A stretch of DNA of 42,114 nucleotides, filler included, from an uncultured virus (IMG/VR IMGVR_UViG_2049941000_000086) (Duplodnaviria; Heunggongvirae; Uroviricota; Caudoviricetes). It is 12 parts of one record of this genome, joined end to end, with 100 filler letters (N's around TTAATTAATTAA, not from the genome) between each part and the next. Parts side by side here need not be neighbours in the genome. Positions count along the whole stretch, not along the records: positions 26,521 to 42,114 come from IMGVR_UViG_2049941000_000086; 11 more parts are not named here. One strand, 5' to 3'. Under the pieces are notes generated by a model. That model was not told the origin of the DNA and searched no databases. It saw nothing but the letters and a program-made list of their open reading frames with translations. Shown piece after piece: positions 38,765 to 42,114 of this stretch (the first letter of the stretch is position 1; every line of letters starts with the position of its first letter). Position numbers and translations under genes: made by a program.

Positions 38765-39139
38765 ATGACAATTAACAACGGCTGGATATCCGTACTCGAT
38801 ACCGAACACCGCCCCGAATCCGGGGAAGAAATCCTCACTCTGTCCTATGTGGGCGACGAGCCGGATTCTCCCGACCCCTTCGCCGATCCCGACGACCGGG
38901 CCTACGCCATCTGCACCTACTTCTACCCCGGCGATCAGGACTGGAATGAAATCCCCGGAGACCCCTCCAAGCTGATCTCCACGAGGCAGGAAGTTGTCAC
39001 CTTCGACGAGGAAGGATTCTATGTAAGCGAACCGACTGGCCCCCGCCAAGCCCTGACATGGCGGAGAGTCAAGACAGTGGACGAAACCAAATGGGGGATC
39101 GCCTGCTGGAAGCACCTGGACTACCCCACCGGCGAATAA
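38765..39139 (+). CDS. Hypothetical acidic protein (DUF551-like termini)
   Basis: WISV....PESGEEIL...IACWKHL. Confidence 0.7.
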   Translation: MTINNGWISVLDTEHRPESGEEILTLSYVGDEPDSPDPFADPDDRAYAICTYFYPGDQDWNEIPGDPSKLISTRQEVVTFDEEGFYVSEPTGPRQALTWRRVKTVDETKWGIACWKHLDYPTGE

Positions 39140-39157
39140 CCCCCGTCCCGCCGCAGC

Positions 39158-39187
39158 GTCATTGCGAGGGCGAAGCCCGTGGCAATC
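39158..39187. repeat. REP-like palindromic unit GTCATTGCGAGGGCGAAGCCCGTGGCAATC
   Basis: Hairpin ATTGC..GGGC-GAA-GCCC..GCAAT; resembles the GTCATTGCGA...GCAATC intergenic repeats recalled from bacterial chromosomes. Confidence 0.55.
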
Positions 39188-39268
39188 CGTCTCCCCAGTC
39201 CCCCGAACATTCCAACCGCACTTCCAATCATCCATTGCGGAAATGAAAAAACGAAAGGAGAAATACCA

Positions 39269-39739
39269 ATGAAAAAACTGACTGTTACCGCCCTGGCTCT
39301 TTTGCTCCTGCTGTCCCTCTGCGCCTGCTATTCTTCCCCGAAATCCTCCGGGAGTTCCTACGGGTCTTCCTATCCCTCCTCCACCTACCGTCCTTCCTCG
39401 TCCACGCCCCGCCCCACGGTGAAGCCATCCCCCACTTCCTCTGCCACCATGGGCGAACAGAACGCTCTGAAAAGTGCGAAGGGCTATCTCGCCCTCGGCT
39501 CCGGCTTCTCCCGGCAGGGCCTGATCGACCAGCTCAAATTTGAGGGCTTCACGGATTCCGAGGCGGAATACGCCGTCAAAAACTGTGGGGCCGACTGGAA
39601 GCAGGAAGCGGTTAAATCCGCCAAGGGTTATCTCGATCTGGACTTTGGATTCTCGAAATCCAAGCTGATCGAGCAGCTGGAGTACGAGGGATTCACCCAC
39701 GATCAGGCCGTTTACGGTGCCGAACAGAACGGCTATTGA
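39269..39739 (+). CDS. ltp: Ltp-family lipoprotein (superinfection exclusion-like)
   Basis: Signal peptide with lipobox LCAC, Ser/Pro linker, two repeats of NALKSAKGYL..FSRQGLIDQL.FEGFT..EAEYAV. Confidence 0.9.
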   Translation: MKKLTVTALALLLLLSLCACYSSPKSSGSSYGSSYPSSTYRPSSSTPRPTVKPSPTSSATMGEQNALKSAKGYLALGSGFSRQGLIDQLKFEGFTDSEAEYAVKNCGADWKQEAVKSAKGYLDLDFGFSKSKLIEQLEYEGFTHDQAVYGAEQNGY

Positions 39740-39757
39740 TTCTGCGCATCTTTCCCC

Positions 39758-39786
39758 TTGCAATCTATTCCCCTCTGTGCTATACT
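39758..39786 (+). promoter_or_regulatory. Sigma-A-type promoter upstream of the structured leader of the replication gene
   Basis: TTGCAA-N17-TATACT with TGn. Confidence 0.72.
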
Positions 39787-39959
39787 GTTCTTGAAATTAG
39801 GTGGAGGCGGCAACCTCCGCTCGTGCAAGAGCAACGGAATCACAGACGTTGCGGCTTTCTTTTTAGGCTTAACCTCCCTTGCCGGGGAGTTTAGGTGGGT
39901 TACACTGTAACCCTAGCCGCTCATAGCTGTGATTATGGGCGGCTAGAATAAATGATTAT

Positions 39960-40001
39960 GTCCGCCCTTTGGCTTCGGTCATCGGGCGGACTTTTCGTTT
40001 A
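39960..40001 (+). terminator. Terminator/attenuator-like hairpin in the replication gene leader
   Basis: GTCCGCCC..TGGC-TTCG-GTCA..GGGCGGAC-TTTTCGTTT. Confidence 0.6.
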
Positions 40002-40017
40002 TCGGCGGGGAACTGAG

Positions 40018-40971
40018 ATGGACAGCGAAAGTAGAGAATTTACAAGGGTATTCGATGCAAGGATGGCAAAGGAAATCGGGCTGAATGAGTCCATCGTTCT
40101 GAGCCAGCTCTGCTATTGGATTTCGCTCAACAAAAAAGCCGGTCGCAATTTCATAGACGGGAAATACTGGACGTACAACACTTTTGAGCAATGGCACGAA
40201 CAGTTCCCTTGGTGGTCCGTTCCGACAATCAAAAGGATTTTCGCCTCGTTGGAAAAGGGCGGCTATATTATTACGGGTCGTTACAACGAGAAGAACTACG
40301 ACCAGACCAGGTGGTACACCGTCGTTCCAGAAAAACTGCTTCCTTACGTCGATTTCCCATCGTATCAAAATGATACAATCGAAAGTGCAAATTTGATACG
40401 ACCAATACCAAAGAATAACGACAAAGAATACCTCCAAGAGATAAGTGGTAAGGTGCGCTCTGCGGCGCAGAGCACACAGACCACGAGTGACAGACCGACT
40501 TATGATCGTGTTGAAACGATGGACCCGGAAAAGAAAATCACCCGGCAGAAATGCGTGGAGCTGTTCGGTGAAGATGCCACCAACGACGCGAAGAAGATAG
40601 TGGACGATTACATTGACCGTCTCTATCCAAAGTACCGCTGCGAAGATCACCCGAAGGTTTCTCACAGGGCGCGTTACGCTTACGTCTATCGCATTTTGCG
40701 CTGCACCGCAGAGTTACTGCAACCCGACCTCTCCCCCGTCGCAGAAGCCCTCCTGTGCGCTGTGAAGCGAGAAAACGGATATGACCCCACGATATACCTT
40801 GTGACCCGGCCCCGCGTCCTCGGAATGTGGCTGGTGGAGAGTGAAGAACTGCCATACGAAGCGGTGTCCTGGACCTACTACGATATCAATTCAGACGTTG
40901 ACCCGGATATATTCGACGTTGACGAAAGCGACGCCGAAGCGTTCAGAGACGGATATCAACCGATGGAATAG
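40018..40971 (+). CDS. Phage replication initiator (N-terminal winged helix, replisome organiser-like)
   Basis: AKEIGLNESIVLSQLCYWI..DGKYWTYNTFEQWHEQFPWWS..TIKRIFASLEK.GYI..YN..DQTRWY; start inferred at MDSESREF. Confidence 0.85.
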   Translation: MDSESREFTRVFDARMAKEIGLNESIVLSQLCYWISLNKKAGRNFIDGKYWTYNTFEQWHEQFPWWSVPTIKRIFASLEKGGYIITGRYNEKNYDQTRWYTVVPEKLLPYVDFPSYQNDTIESANLIRPIPKNNDKEYLQEISGKVRSAAQSTQTTSDRPTYDRVETMDPEKKITRQKCVELFGEDATNDAKKIVDDYIDRLYPKYRCEDHPKVSHRARYAYVYRILRCTAELLQPDLSPVAEALLCAVKRENGYDPTIYLVTRPRVLGMWLVESEELPYEAVSWTYYDINSDVDPDIFDVDESDAEAFRDGYQPME

Positions 40972-40986
40972 AAAGGAGAATGTACG

Positions 40987-41547
40987 ATGACTGACAAACA
41001 ACGATTGGCTCTGCAAAACGCGCAGCCAGAGAAGCACCTTTGTGTCCACTGCAAGAAAGTGTTGGAACTGTGCGAGCAATACCCGTGGGATGAATCTCCT
41101 TGGGACGGTACTCATGGTGATACAAATAACTGCGAATACTTCTACAATAGCTGTTATTATCAAGACGACGTGACTTGCGAATGCCCGGATGACAGTGGAA
41201 ACACCCGTTACTACTCTCACGGAATGAAAACAGTAGATAATGGTAGTGGTTATGACATTATTGCCTGTCCTTACTACAAGGAGCTGTCATACGAAATCCT
41301 CTACAACATTGAGTATTCAGCCTACATGAACTCTCCGGAGTGGAAGAAAAATCGGTATCCGGCTCTTGTCCGTGACGGCTTCAAATGTGCCATGTGCGGC
41401 ACCGCCAAAAACTTAATCGTCCACCACATCACCTACGAGCGTTTGGGGCACGAGAATATGGACGACCTTATCACGCTCTGCAAAGGCTGCCACGCCAAGG
41501 TCCACGAAAACGACCTTTCCAAGAAAGGAGCCAACCATGCCGAATAA
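40987..41547 (+). CDS. HNH endonuclease domain protein with Cys-rich N-terminus
   Basis: YMNSPEWKK.R..ALVRDGFKCAMCG..LIVHHITY..LITLCKGCHAKVH. Confidence 0.88.
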   Translation: MTDKQRLALQNAQPEKHLCVHCKKVLELCEQYPWDESPWDGTHGDTNNCEYFYNSCYYQDDVTCECPDDSGNTRYYSHGMKTVDNGSGYDIIACPYYKELSYEILYNIEYSAYMNSPEWKKNRYPALVRDGFKCAMCGTAKNLIVHHITYERLGHENMDDLITLCKGCHAKVHENDLSKKGANHAE

Positions 41548-41746
41548 CAGCGCAATCGGTGATAGCTGGGAGGACGTGCGGCGCGAACTGTTCACCCCGG
41601 AGGAAATCACCGCCAGCGACGACCGGGTTTCGCGGTTAATTCAACTCCTTAGAGAGTGCCGCCGCCTTGGTCTGTCCAAAGAAGAAACACAGCTCCGCAT
41701 AGATATGTTTTACACCGAAGAATGGAGGAAGGAGGAATCCAAATGA
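41537..41746 (+). CDS. Small protein resembling the N-terminus of XRE antitoxin-like regulators
   Basis: GDSWEDVRRELFTPEEITASDDRV. Confidence 0.6.
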   Translation: MPNNSAIGDSWEDVRRELFTPEEITASDDRVSRLIQLLRECRRLGLSKEETQLRIDMFYTEEWRKEESK

Positions 41747-42114
41747 ACTACACACGCGCCGCCGCCGCGTTCATCAATTACTGCCGTGCAAGTGGCATGA
41801 CCGCCGCCACCGTGGAGAACCATGAGCGCAACCTCCGCCTGTTCTCCGAGGCCGTCGCCCTGCCGGATGCCGACGCCGAGATCACCGTCTCCCATATCGA
41901 CGAATACAAATCCCTGCTCCACCTGCGTGGGCTGAAGCAGTCCACCGTCCGCGCCTACCTCGAATCCCTCTGCCTCTTCTTCGCGTGGGCGACCGAGCGG
42001 AAATACTGTGTGGAGAATCCCTGCACCCCCTCTGCCGTCAAGACCAAGGTTCCGCCCCCCGCCCCCTACAGCCACCTGCTCACCCGCGAGGAAATGGCCG
42101 CGCTTCTCTCCCCC
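41743..42114 (+). CDS. Tyrosine recombinase/integrase, N-terminal SAM-like domain (truncated by window end)
   Basis: FINYCRASGMTAATVENH..LRLF..IDEYKS.L..RGLKQSTVRAYL.SL..FFAWA....ENPC..LLTREEMAALL; GGAGG RBS; not in the ORF track. Confidence 0.85.
   Translation, partial: MNYTRAAAAFINYCRASGMTAATVENHERNLRLFSEAVALPDADAEITVSHIDEYKSLLHLRGLKQSTVRAYLESLCLFFAWATERKYCVENPCTPSAVKTKVPPPAPYSHLLTREEMAALLSP

Overview
This window is not one contiguous locus. It is 12 short assembled pieces joined by artificial N-TTAATTAATTAA-N linkers, with further internal N gaps and at least two mis-ordered scaffold joins. All recognisable genes are non-structural phage or prophage genes of the kind found in Bacillota (Clostridia-like) phages. 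Duplicated homologues suggest two related phages. Pieces 1-10 (1-23826) carry a tRNA cluster (CAT, Gln-TTG, Ser-TGA) with an HNH endonuclease and highly structured non-coding tracts. They also carry DUF5131, YopX, an unusual XRE-HTH/sigma-region-4/RNAP-alpha-CTD fusion, an ADP-ribosylglycohydrolase, DUF1599, DUF6291, two DNA methyltransferases, a thymidylate-synthase-like protein, a CCA-adding enzyme and a pol-beta nucleotidyltransferase. Pieces 11-12 (23927-42114) form a visibly more GC-rich, almost entirely plus-strand array of small genes (J-domain, DUF932, YodL, PemK/MazF, Lar, DarA_C, Ltp lipoprotein), followed by a replication initiator, an HNH protein and a tyrosine recombinase. The most striking unexplained signals are: (i) nine copies of a non-canonical promoter-like motif, A/T tract-GGGTTGCAT-N14-TTACC, heading the small genes; (ii) four copies of a conserved ~60-nt intergenic hairpin in the same array; (iii) a conserved hairpin shared by the leaders of two unrelated replication genes; and (iv) pseudoknot-rich candidate ncRNAs and an orphan TnpB-omegaRNA-like segment near the tRNAs. 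All family assignments come from motif recognition by eye, not database searches.
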